Positions 28,158-36,713 of a stretch of DNA of 64,000 nt are shown in pieces. Numbering within the stretch: the stretch's first letter is position 1; each line of letters begins with the position of its first letter. The DNA comes from Sphingomonas sp. (lineage in GTDB: Bacteria > Pseudomonadota > Alphaproteobacteria > Sphingomonadales > Sphingomonadaceae): assembly GCA_051954515.1 (NCBI GenBank), contig JBQCHQ010000025.1, forward strand, positions 52,774-116,773. The letters are read 5' to 3'. Below the pieces are notes generated by a model, which was not told where the DNA came from, did not search any database, and worked only from the letters and a program-made list of their open reading frames with translations. A program made the translations under genes and the position numbers.

Positions 28158-29225
28158 GTGACCGTCACTCACCCCGACGCCTCGACCGTGAACGACACCC
28201 GCAAGGCCGAGCTGCTCTCTTGCCAAGTCGAGCATGTCGACATCACCACCTTCGATGCGCGCCCGATCATCGACTCGATGGGGAAGATGAGCTTCACCAG
28301 CCGCGACCTCGCGCGCGCGACGGGCATCTACAATCAGATGCTCGCCGACAAGGACTGCTCGATCTTCCTCGTCATTGCCGGGTCGACCTCGGCGGGCGGC
28401 TGCATGGACCTTTATGCCGAGCTGCTGCGCTCGAACATGATCGACGGCGTGGTCGCCACCGGCGCGTCGATCGTCGATATGGATTTCTTCGAGGGGCTGG
28501 GCCACAAGCACTATCAGGCGCTTGAAATCCCCGACGACAACGTACTGCGTTCGCTCTACATCGACCGCATCTACGATACCTATATCGACGAAGAGCAGCT
28601 CCAGGACTGCGACCACACGATCGGCGAGATCGCCAATTCGCTGGAGCCCAAGCCCTATTCCTCGCGCGCCTTCATCCGCGAGATGGGCCGCTACCTCGCC
28701 GAGCACGGCAAGAAGGACAACAGCCTCGTCAAGCTCGCCTATGAGCATGACGTGCCGATCTTCTGCCCGGCGTTCGTGGACAGCTCGGCCGGCTTCGGCC
28801 TCGTCAAGCACCAGGTCGAGCGGATGAAGGAAGGCAAGCCCTACCTGACGATCGACGCGGTGGCGGACTTCCGCGAGCTGACCGACATCAAGATCAAGGC
28901 GGGGACCACCGGGCTGCTGATGATCGGCGGCGGCGTGCCCAAGAACTTCATCCAGGACACCGTGGTCTGCGCCGAGATCCTCGGCCACGATGACGTCGAG
29001 ATGCACAAATACGCAGTGCAGATCACCGTCGCGGACGTGCGCGACGGCGCCTGCTCGTCCTCGACGCTCAAGGAGGCGGCGAGCTGGGGCAAGGTCGACA
29101 CCGCGCTCGAGCAGATGGTGTTCGCCGAGGCCGGCAGCGTGATGCCGCTGCTCGCGTCGGACGCCTATCACCGCGGCTATTGGAAGGACCGCCCGAAGCG
29201 CCGCTGGGGCGCGATCTTCGACTGA
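28158..29225 (+). CDS. Deoxyhypusine synthase-like protein (probable homospermidine synthase)
   Basis: IDRIYD, FCPAFVDSSAG, GGGVPKNF, DGACSSST.KEA.SWGK. Confidence 0.88.
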   Translation: MTVTHPDASTVNDTRKAELLSCQVEHVDITTFDARPIIDSMGKMSFTSRDLARATGIYNQMLADKDCSIFLVIAGSTSAGGCMDLYAELLRSNMIDGVVATGASIVDMDFFEGLGHKHYQALEIPDDNVLRSLYIDRIYDTYIDEEQLQDCDHTIGEIANSLEPKPYSSRAFIREMGRYLAEHGKKDNSLVKLAYEHDVPIFCPAFVDSSAGFGLVKHQVERMKEGKPYLTIDAVADFRELTDIKIKAGTTGLLMIGGGVPKNFIQDTVVCAEILGHDDVEMHKYAVQITVADVRDGACSSSTLKEAASWGKVDTALEQMVFAEAGSVMPLLASDAYHRGYWKDRPKRRWGAIFD

Positions 29226-29243
29226 TTGCCCTTCCCTGACCTT

Positions 29244-29312
29244 CGTTCGCCCTGAGCCTGTCGAAGGGCGGTTGCCATGCGCAATCGTGCTTCGACAAGC
29301 TCAGCACGAACG
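29244..29312. repeat. Family A palindromic element
   Basis: cgttcgccctgagcctgtcgaagggc ... gcttcgacaagctcagcacgaacg. Confidence 0.85.
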
Positions 29313-29390
29313 AGGGTGAGGGCGCGCAAAACCAGTTGCAAATCCAAACCAGAAATCCGAGCATCCCTCCGACATCGAAGGGGGGATGCC

Positions 29391-29831
29391 ATGACGACCG
29401 ACCCGAATCTCGCCATCCTGAAGCCAGTCGTCGTGCTCGTCGCCTGGACGATCGTGATGCTCGTCTGGCTGATCGCGACGCGCATTCCGGCGATGAAGGC
29501 TGCGGGGGTCGATCTCAATCGGCTGATCGGCGGCAAGGGCACTGATGCGGATGGGGTGCTCCCCGCCAAGGCGCAATGGAAGGCGCACAACCATAATCAC
29601 CTGATGGAACAGCCGACGCTGTTCTACGCGATCGCCATCACATTGGCGCTGATCGGACAGGGCGGTGGGATCAACGCGGAAATCGCTTGGGCCTATGTCG
29701 GTTTCCGCGTGCTCCACAGCCTGGTTCAGGCGACGTGGAACCGCGTCGCGGTGCGTTTCCTGCTGTTTCTTCTGGCGAGCCTGGCGCTGGTCGCGCTGAC
29801 GCTGCATGCGGGCATCGCCTTGTTCGCCTGA
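29391..29831 (+). CDS. MAPEG family membrane protein
   Basis: NHLMEQPTLFY, AWAYVGFRVLHS; 4 TM segments. Confidence 0.87.
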   Translation: MTTDPNLAILKPVVVLVAWTIVMLVWLIATRIPAMKAAGVDLNRLIGGKGTDADGVLPAKAQWKAHNHNHLMEQPTLFYAIAITLALIGQGGGINAEIAWAYVGFRVLHSLVQATWNRVAVRFLLFLLASLALVALTLHAGIALFA

Positions 29832-29841
29832 CGGTTCGTCG

Positions 29842-29905
29842 CGTCCGTCCTGAGCTTGTCGAAGGGCGGCGGGTTCCCCGATCGTTCGACCAGCTCAGCA
29901 CGAGC
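29842..29905. repeat. Family A palindromic element (degenerate)
   Basis: cgtccgtcctgagcttgtcgaagggc ... gttcgaccagctcagcacgagc. Confidence 0.8.
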
Positions 29906-30043
29906 CACCGAACGGTTCACGCCCGCGATTGGCAAAAACCCGCTTTCCCCGACGCGTCGAATGTGTAACGTTCGTCCAATGTTCCGCCAATCGGCCAGTC
30001 ATGAAAGCGAAGAATGCCCGAATCCGCACCATCGCAAAGCTGG

Positions 30044-31276
30044 ATGACGCGGCGCTTCGGCCACCGCGCGGTGCCGATCGTGCTGATCGCGGTGGTCATC
30101 GACGTGATCGGCTTCGGCATCATCATGCCGGTGTTGCCCGCGCTGATCACGCGGCTCGGCCATATCGATCTCGCCGCGGCGACGCGCGTCGCCGGCTGGC
30201 TGCTCGCGGTGTTCGCGATCGCGCAGTTCGTCGCGGGGCCGGTGGTCGGCAATCTCGGCGACCGTTTCGGCCGCCGCCCGGTGCTGATCCTCGCCATGCT
30301 CGCCTTCGCGGTGGATTACGGCATCACCGCATGGGCGCCCACGCTCGCCTGGCTGTTCCTCGGCCGATTGATCGCTGGCGTAACCGGCGCGATCTACGGA
30401 CCCGCCGGCGCCGTCATCGCCGACGTATCGCCGCCTGAGAAGCGCGCCGCCGGCTTCGGCCTGCTCGGCGCCGCCTTCGGCATCGGCTTCATTGTCGGCC
30501 CGGCGATCGGCGGACTCGTCGCCTCCTTCGGGCCGCGCGCGCCGTTCATCGCCGCCGCGATCCTCGCCGGGCTAAACGCCGTCACCATGTTCTTCTTCTT
30601 GCCGGAGACGCTCGCGCCCGAGAACCGCCGTCCCTTCCGCTGGCGCGACGCGCATGTGATCGGCGCGTTCAAGCCGCTGTTCCACGCCGGGCGCGCCGGC
30701 CCGCTACTGCTCGCCTGGTTCCTGTGGCAATTGGGCGGCGTGGTCTATCCGGCGACCTGGGCGTTCTGGGCGTCGATTCGCTTCGGCTGGGATGCGACGG
30801 CGATCGGCTGGAGCCTCGCCTGGGTCGGTTTCCTCCAGTTCCTCGTCCAGGTGCTGCTCACCGGCCGCGTGGTCGAGCGGCTCGGTGAGCGCGGCGCGGC
30901 GATCCTTGGCCTCGGCTGCGGCGCTGCCTGCCTCATCGCCTATGCCTTCGTGACTCAGGGCTGGCAGGTCTATGCCTTCTTCCTGATCGGCTGCCTCGGC
31001 GCCTTCGCCTGGCCGGCGCTGAACGGCATCCTGTCGCGGATGGTGGATGCGACGCGACAGGGCGCGCTGCAGGGCGGAATCGGCAGCATGAACAGCGTCG
31101 CGGCGATCCTCGGCCCGCTGGTCGCGGCACAATCGCTCGCCTGGGGCACGCGCGTCGGGTTCGACGGCGCCGCCTTCATCGTCGCCGGCGGCCTTATCGC
31201 GGTGGCGATGCTGATCATCGTGACGATGGTGCCGGCCCCCGTTGCGACAAATTGCGACACTTTCCCCGCGCACTGA
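30044..31276 (+). CDS. MFS transporter, TetA/DHA1-like
   Basis: D..GFGIIMPVLP, G.LGDRFGRRPV, GFIVGPAIGG, LPETL; about 12 TM; substrate unknown. Confidence 0.9.
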   Translation: MTRRFGHRAVPIVLIAVVIDVIGFGIIMPVLPALITRLGHIDLAAATRVAGWLLAVFAIAQFVAGPVVGNLGDRFGRRPVLILAMLAFAVDYGITAWAPTLAWLFLGRLIAGVTGAIYGPAGAVIADVSPPEKRAAGFGLLGAAFGIGFIVGPAIGGLVASFGPRAPFIAAAILAGLNAVTMFFFLPETLAPENRRPFRWRDAHVIGAFKPLFHAGRAGPLLLAWFLWQLGGVVYPATWAFWASIRFGWDATAIGWSLAWVGFLQFLVQVLLTGRVVERLGERGAAILGLGCGAACLIAYAFVTQGWQVYAFFLIGCLGAFAWPALNGILSRMVDATRQGALQGGIGSMNSVAAILGPLVAAQSLAWGTRVGFDGAAFIVAGGLIAVAMLIIVTMVPAPVATNCDTFPAH

Positions 31277-31301
31277 CATATCGAAGCGACAAGCGGCGAC
31301 C
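31242..31301 (+). promoter_or_regulatory. Tandem direct repeats (TTGCGACA x2, GCGAC x2), candidate OmpR-family binding site
   Basis: ttgcgaca-aa-ttgcgaca with 10-bp period, upstream of the EF-hand gene. Confidence 0.45.
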
Positions 31302-31357
31302 AGAAGGGTGCGATCGGCGGGATGGTCCCGCCCGGCCCATGAGGGATATGCCCGCCC

Positions 31358-31741
31358 ATGACTCGTTTCGCCAAGCTCCTTCTTGCCGCCGCGCTCGGCG
31401 GCACCGTGCTCACCGGCGCCGCTTATGCCGCGCAGGATCAGGCCGCGCCGACACCGCCCGCCGGCATGCATCACCACCATCGCGGCCACGGTGACAGCCT
31501 TGCCCGGCTCGATACCAACAAGGATGGTGTCGTCACTCGCGACGAGGCCATCGCCGCCGCGACTGCGCGTTTCGACAAGCTCGACACCAACCATGACGGC
31601 AAGATCGACCAAACCGAAATGGCAGCGGCCAAGCAGCGCATGCAAGCCCGCCGGCAGGACATGCGCGCCAAATGGCAGGCACGCCGCGCCGCGCAAGCGC
31701 CGGCCGCATCGACCGACCAGTCGACGTCCGACGACCAGTAA
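31358..31741 (+). CDS. Secreted EF-hand protein with His-rich patch
   Basis: Signal peptide (AYA/A), MHHHHRGH, DTNKDGVVTRDE, DTNHDGKIDQTE. Confidence 0.88.
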   Translation: MTRFAKLLLAAALGGTVLTGAAYAAQDQAAPTPPAGMHHHHRGHGDSLARLDTNKDGVVTRDEAIAAATARFDKLDTNHDGKIDQTEMAAAKQRMQARRQDMRAKWQARRAAQAPAASTDQSTSDDQ

Positions 31742-31758
31742 AAATCCGGGTAATCGGT

Positions 31759-31799
31759 AGCCGGGCGGGCAGTCCTCCCGCCCGCCCGGCTCTTTTCTT
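31759..31799 (+). terminator. Intrinsic terminator/attenuator between the EF-hand gene and the regulator
   Basis: agccgggcgggc-loop-gcccgcccggct followed by cttttctt. Confidence 0.65.
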
Positions 31800-31811
31800 G
31801 GGAATGCGATC

Positions 31812-32546
31812 ATGGCAATCGACGAACCGATGGCCGACACCCCGCACCTGCTGCTGGTCGATGACGAGCGTTCGATTCGCGAGCCGCTCGCCAAATATCT
31901 CGAAAAACAGGGCTTCCGCGTGACGCAGGCTGGCGACGCCGCCGCCGCGCGCACCCGCCTCGCCGCTTATGCGATCGATCTCGTCGTCCTCGACATCATG
32001 ATGCCCGGCGAGGATGGGCTGAGCCTCACGCGTCACATCCGCGAAGCGGGCGACCTGCCCGTCATCCTGCTCACCGCGCGCAGCGAGGAGACCGACCGCA
32101 TCGTCGGCCTCGAAATGGGCGCCGACGATTATGTGGTGAAGCCGTTTTCGCCGCGCGAGCTCGCCGCGCGGATCAAGGTCATCCTGCGCCGCGCTGCCTC
32201 GGGCAACCGCCAGCACGCGCCCGAAACCGGCAGCTACGGCTTCGCCGGCTGGGTGCTCAAGACCGGCGAACGCACGCTCGTCGACCGCGAAGGCGTCTCG
32301 CTGCCGCTGTCGACCGGCGAATACAATCTGCTGCTCGCCTTGGTCCAGCGCCCGCGCCAGGTGTTGACTCGCGACCAGCTGCTCGATCTCACCCAGGGCC
32401 GCGAAGCCGGTGCGTTCGACCGGGCGATCGACAACCAGGTCAGCCGCCTGCGCAAGAAGATCGAGGCCGATGCGCGCAATCCCGAGCTCATCAAGACGGT
32501 GTGGGGCGGCGGCTACACGCTGGCGGCCGAGGTGACTCGGCTGTGA
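31812..32546 (+). CDS. OmpR-family response regulator
   Basis: LLVDDE, LDIMMPGEDG, GADDYVVKPF, winged helix DRAIDNQVSRLR; alternative start 31830. Confidence 0.94.
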   Translation: MAIDEPMADTPHLLLVDDERSIREPLAKYLEKQGFRVTQAGDAAAARTRLAAYAIDLVVLDIMMPGEDGLSLTRHIREAGDLPVILLTARSEETDRIVGLEMGADDYVVKPFSPRELAARIKVILRRAASGNRQHAPETGSYGFAGWVLKTGERTLVDREGVSLPLSTGEYNLLLALVQRPRQVLTRDQLLDLTQGREAGAFDRAIDNQVSRLRKKIEADARNPELIKTVWGGGYTLAAEVTRL

Positions 32547-33886
32547 TGCGCGCGCTGTGGCCGCGCAGCCTCGCCGGCCAGTTGGCGCTGCTCGTCGCGA
32601 TCGCGCTGTTCGTGGCGCAAGCGATCAACTTCGGACTGCTGCTCCACGAACGCCGCCAGTTGCGCTTCGAACAGATCATAACGCCGACGGTGACTCGGTT
32701 GATCGATGCCGAGGATCGTCTCAATGCCGGTGCCACGCCCGATTCGGGCCACCGCCACGTCCGGCTGGTGGCCGCCAATCCCATCGCCGCAGATCGAGCG
32801 CGCCGGCCGTCGATCGAACGGGCAATCGCCAAGTCGCTCGCTCAGGCGGGTTTTCCGAGCCGTGCGGTGGTCGCCTCGGTGCGACCCGTGGTGCCGACCG
32901 ATCTGCCCCGCGATCGCTTCGGCCGCCGCCGTGCATCGCGTCTGGCGCGGTTCGGCACGATCCTCGATGTCGCGGTCGAAGCGCCGGGTCGCGGCTGGCT
33001 GACGCTGCGCGCACCCTGGCCGGATACCGATCCTTCGCTGATCTGGCGCCTGATCGCGCAGACGCTGATCCTCTACGCGATCGTTCTGGTGCCCGTACTG
33101 TGGATCGGCCGCCGTATCTCGCTGCCGCTCAAGAGCCTTGCCGATGCCGCGCGCCGCTTCCGCCCCGGCGACGATCACGAGGCGCTCGCCGAAACCGGCC
33201 CGCCCGACGTCCGCGAGGTGACCGCCGCGTTCAACGCGCTCAGGCTGCGGGTGACCGCAATGCTCGAGGAAAAGGATCGCATGCTCGGAGCGATCGGCCA
33301 TGACCTGCGCACTCCGCTGGCGGCGCTGCGCGTCCGCATCGAATCGGTCGATGACGATGGCGATCGCGCGCGAATGGCCGACATCATCGCCGAAATGAAC
33401 CGCACGCTCGACGATATCCTGTCGCTCGCGCGGCTCGGCCGCCCCAGCGAGCCGCCCGTCGATGTCGATTTGACCGCCCTGGTCGATGCCGTGGTCGAGG
33501 ATTTCCGCGATCTCGACCATGACGTCACCTTCGAGGACGGCACTCGCCTGCCGATCCGGCTGCGTCCTGCCCTGATGCGCCGCGCGGTGCGCAACCTCAT
33601 TGAGAACGCGGTCAAATACGGTCAGTCGGCGGTCGTCCGCATCGAGACGACGACGGATCGTATCCGCATCGTGGTCGCCGATCGCGGGCCGGGCATTCCC
33701 GCCGATCGCCTCGCCGACGTGTTCGATCCCTTCACTCGCCTCGAAACCTCGCGCAACCGCGAAACCGGCGGCATTGGGCTCGGCCTCGCGCTCGCGCGGG
33801 CGATCGTCGCCGATGCGGGCGGCGAGATTCGCCTCGAGAACCGCGCCGAAGGCGGCCTCGACGCAGTCATCGATCTGCCGCGTTAG
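32546..33886 (+). CDS. Sensor histidine kinase (2 TM, HAMP, HisKA, HATPase)
   Basis: GHDLRTPL, NLIENAVKY, DRGPGI, GGIGLGL. Confidence 0.94.
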   Translation: MRALWPRSLAGQLALLVAIALFVAQAINFGLLLHERRQLRFEQIITPTVTRLIDAEDRLNAGATPDSGHRHVRLVAANPIAADRARRPSIERAIAKSLAQAGFPSRAVVASVRPVVPTDLPRDRFGRRRASRLARFGTILDVAVEAPGRGWLTLRAPWPDTDPSLIWRLIAQTLILYAIVLVPVLWIGRRISLPLKSLADAARRFRPGDDHEALAETGPPDVREVTAAFNALRLRVTAMLEEKDRMLGAIGHDLRTPLAALRVRIESVDDDGDRARMADIIAEMNRTLDDILSLARLGRPSEPPVDVDLTALVDAVVEDFRDLDHDVTFEDGTRLPIRLRPALMRRAVRNLIENAVKYGQSAVVRIETTTDRIRIVVADRGPGIPADRLADVFDPFTRLETSRNRETGGIGLGLALARAIVADAGGEIRLENRAEGGLDAVIDLPR

Positions 33887-34995
33887 TCGAACGCGCTCTT
33901 TGGAATGTGCGTGATCCGGCAGGCGAGGTCGGCCTCGCCGCTCGCCACGACATAATGGTCGCCGGCATCGGCGATTCCCGTCGTGAACACCACGCTGTCG
34001 ATATACATCAGCTTTTCGAGCGGCTTGGTCAGCGCCGGCGCGGGTTCGAGCAGCGGATCGTGTGAGGTCTCCACCGCGCGCCACGGCTCGTCGCGGTCGA
34101 GCAACGACCAATAGGTGCGATAGACCCCCACCACGCCCTTGGGCTCGACGCCGTGCCACAGGCTGAGCCAGCCCTTGTCGGTGAGGATCGGCGGCGCGCC
34201 GCCGCCCATTCGCGCCGTCGTCATCGCCGCAACGTGCGAGCGGATGCCGGGATGCTCGCATGGCTTCCAATGCAGCGCGTCGGGCGAGGTGGCGAGGTTG
34301 ATCGACGGCCCCGCGCGCCACTCGCTGCCCGGCGGATAGGCGAAATAGAGGTCGCCGAGCGGCCGCGTCTGTGCCCAGTAATTGCCGCCGATCCGGCCCT
34401 CGAAGATCAGCATGTCCTTGTTCTGGTGATCGAGCACGATCCCTTCGAGCGTCCAGTCGAGCGCGTCGGCCGAGCTGTACAACGTCGTCGAGTGCCGTTC
34501 AGGGCTGACCGAGCAGGTCGTCATCAGATAGCGATCGCCGACCCGGCTGATCCGCGCATCCTCGACCCCGTACATCTGGTACGAGGTCGCCGGCGCGATG
34601 ACTCGATCGTAATGCACCGCGACCACCCGGTTCCCGCTCGCATCGAGCTCGACCGGCAGCAGCCAGGACAGCGAGGTCAGCGCCATCACCCGCCAGCCGC
34701 CGCCGCGCATCAGGAACTTGCGCGGGTCCGAGGTGTCGACCAGCTCGATCGGCCAGGCATCAAGGGTATAGCCGCCGTCGAACCAGCGGATCGAGTGGAT
34801 GTGGCCGTCGTGGATCGGCTCGCGCAGTGCCTCGGCGACGCGTACCATCATCAGCAGATTGCCGCTGGCGAGCCGCGTCATCCCCGGATTGAACGCGCCG
34901 AGCACATAGGTTTCGGCCTCGATCTTCCCCGCGAGCGGCGATCGCGACAGATCGACGTCGTGGGGCGTGAAAACCAGCGAATCGAAGAAGCTCAT
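33883..34995 (-). CDS. GH130-like glycosidase/phosphorylase
   Basis: AFNPG, YGVEDARI, NKD, GGGAPPI, VVFTTG. Confidence 0.82.
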   Translation of the reverse strand: MSFFDSLVFTPHDVDLSRSPLAGKIEAETYVLGAFNPGMTRLASGNLLMMVRVAEALREPIHDGHIHSIRWFDGGYTLDAWPIELVDTSDPRKFLMRGGGWRVMALTSLSWLLPVELDASGNRVVAVHYDRVIAPATSYQMYGVEDARISRVGDRYLMTTCSVSPERHSTTLYSSADALDWTLEGIVLDHQNKDMLIFEGRIGGNYWAQTRPLGDLYFAYPPGSEWRAGPSINLATSPDALHWKPCEHPGIRSHVAAMTTARMGGGAPPILTDKGWLSLWHGVEPKGVVGVYRTYWSLLDRDEPWRAVETSHDPLLEPAPALTKPLEKLMYIDSVVFTTGIADAGDHYVVASGEADLACRITHIPKSAFD

Positions 34996-35762
34996 TCGTC
35001 GTTGACCCGCGGCACCACCACCATCTGCTGCACGACGGTGCGCGCAGGCTGGGTGAGGATGAAGTGGGTTGAGGCGGCGATATCCTCGGCGCGCAGCATT
35101 TCGGCGTCGGCGATCATGCGGCGTTTCTTCTCCTCGGGATATTTTTCGGGATTCTGGAAATCGGAGCCGGTGAAGCCGGGCTCGATCAGCGACACGCGCA
35201 CGCTTTTGCCGCCCTGCTCGCGGCGCAGCGCCTCGGCAAAGCCGGCGATCCCGGCCTTGATTCCGGCATAGACGGTCGATTCGGGGGATAGGATGTGCGC
35301 CGACATCGATCCGATCAGCACGATGTCGCCCTTGATCCCTCCGGTGCCGCTGAAATGCTCGAGCGCGGCGTGCGCGCTTATCAGATAGGCAGTGAAGTCG
35401 GTCGCGATATGGTAGCGCAGCGTCTTCTCGTCGGTTTCACCCAAGGCATCGGCAGGGATCGCGGCGTTGATCACCGCGATGTCGAGCCCGCCGAGCCAGT
35501 CGGCCGCCTCCGCGAAATAGCGGCTGACAGTTTCGGGCTCGGCCAGGTCGATCGCGGTGCCGGCCCCCTCGCCCACTTCGGCGATCCGAGCCAGCGCGTC
35601 GGCGAGGTGATCGGGGTCGCGCCCGCAGATATGGACGCGCGCGCCCTCGCTCGCCAGCAGTACGGCGATCGCACGGCCGATGCCGGTGGTGCCGCCCGTG
35701 ACGATCGCTCGTCGGCCGGCAAGCGGCATCACCGCGGTATGAGCATCGGCAAGATCGACCAT
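34992..35762 (-). CDS. SDR family oxidoreductase
   Basis: TGGTTGIG, INAA, YAGIK, IEPG; SD GGGAG. Confidence 0.9.
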   Translation of the reverse strand: MVDLADAHTAVMPLAGRRAIVTGGTTGIGRAIAVLLASEGARVHICGRDPDHLADALARIAEVGEGAGTAIDLAEPETVSRYFAEAADWLGGLDIAVINAAIPADALGETDEKTLRYHIATDFTAYLISAHAALEHFSGTGGIKGDIVLIGSMSAHILSPESTVYAGIKAGIAGFAEALRREQGGKSVRVSLIEPGFTGSDFQNPEKYPEEKKRRMIADAEMLRAEDIAASTHFILTQPARTVVQQMVVVPRVNDE

Positions 35763-35794
35763 CGGGCAACTCCCTCGAAGAGGCTGCCCTTGGA

Positions 35795-35819
35795 GACGCG
35801 TCAGGCGGGCACCGGTTCC
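35795..35819 (-). promoter_or_regulatory. EcfG/SigT-like promoter of the SDR-GH130 pair
   Basis: Minus strand GGAAC-N16-CGTC, 32 nt before the ATG. Confidence 0.45.
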
Positions 35820-36676
35820 TTGGCGATGCGCATGAGCAGCGCATCCATGGCTTTGACTACTTCGGGCTCGCTCAGCGTCGGCGTGTGCCCGACGTTGCGC
35901 ACCGTGACGAGCGCGCTCGCCGGCAGCTCCGCCGTCATGCGCTTGGCGGTCGCCGCCGACAGCACGTCGGATCGCGCGCCGCGAACGATCAGCACCGGCA
36001 GCCCGGCAAGCGCTGCCAGCGCCGGCCACATGTCGGGCGCCGCCTCGCCGCCGGGTTCGCGGAATGGTTCGGCGATCTTCATGTCGTAATCGAGCACGAT
36101 CCGCCCGGCGCCGTTCACGTAATAGAGCCGCTTGGCCATCTTCAGCCAATCGTCGGTCTTGTAGCCGGGATAGACGTCGCGATTGGCTTCCTCGACCGCG
36201 CGCGCGGCGTGCATCCAGGTCGGAAAGCTGTTCGACCGGCCGACATAGGAGCGGATGCGCGACAGCCCCGCCGGATCGATCTCCGGCCCGACATCGTTGA
36301 GCAGCGCGCCCGCCAGCCGCTCGCGCGCCTGCATCGCCAGAAGCATCGTCACGATCCCGCCGAGCGAAGTGCCGAACGCCACTATTTTGGGCAGCGCCAG
36401 TTCGTCGAGCAGCGCCAGCACGTCGCCGACATAGACCAACGGATTATAGGTCGCCGAATCCTTGGCATAATCGCTGTCGCCGCGGCCGCGCAAGTCGATC
36501 GCGAGCACGCGCCAGTCGCCCGCCAGCCGCGCCGCGACCTCCTCGAAGTCGCGCGCATTGCGGGTCAGTCCCGGAATGCACAGGATCGGCGGCCTCGTAT
36601 CGTCGCCCGGATAGTCCCGGTAGTGCAGCTTCAGCCCGTCGGCCGACTGCCAGTAGCGGTCTTCATAGGCGGCCAT
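35801..36676 (-). CDS. Alpha/beta fold hydrolase
   Basis: PGLTRN, DLRGRGDS, GTSLGG, VGHTP. Confidence 0.9.
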   Translation of the reverse strand: MAAYEDRYWQSADGLKLHYRDYPGDDTRPPILCIPGLTRNARDFEEVAARLAGDWRVLAIDLRGRGDSDYAKDSATYNPLVYVGDVLALLDELALPKIVAFGTSLGGIVTMLLAMQARERLAGALLNDVGPEIDPAGLSRIRSYVGRSNSFPTWMHAARAVEEANRDVYPGYKTDDWLKMAKRLYYVNGAGRIVLDYDMKIAEPFREPGGEAAPDMWPALAALAGLPVLIVRGARSDVLSAATAKRMTAELPASALVTVRNVGHTPTLSEPEVVKAMDALLMRIAKEPVPA

Positions 36677-36713
36677 GGTTGCGTCTTTCGCTCATCGCCA
36701 CCCATATCGCCGC

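Noticed and set aside
29361-29389. 10-bp hairpin over the MAPEG SD (thermometer-like)
   Set aside because: The left arm overlaps the likely -10 of a TTGCAA promoter, so it is probably not in the transcript.
30044-31276. TetA-like MFS as an acquired tetracycline resistance gene
   Set aside because: Host-like GC, no tetR and no mobile context; the family match does not establish substrate.
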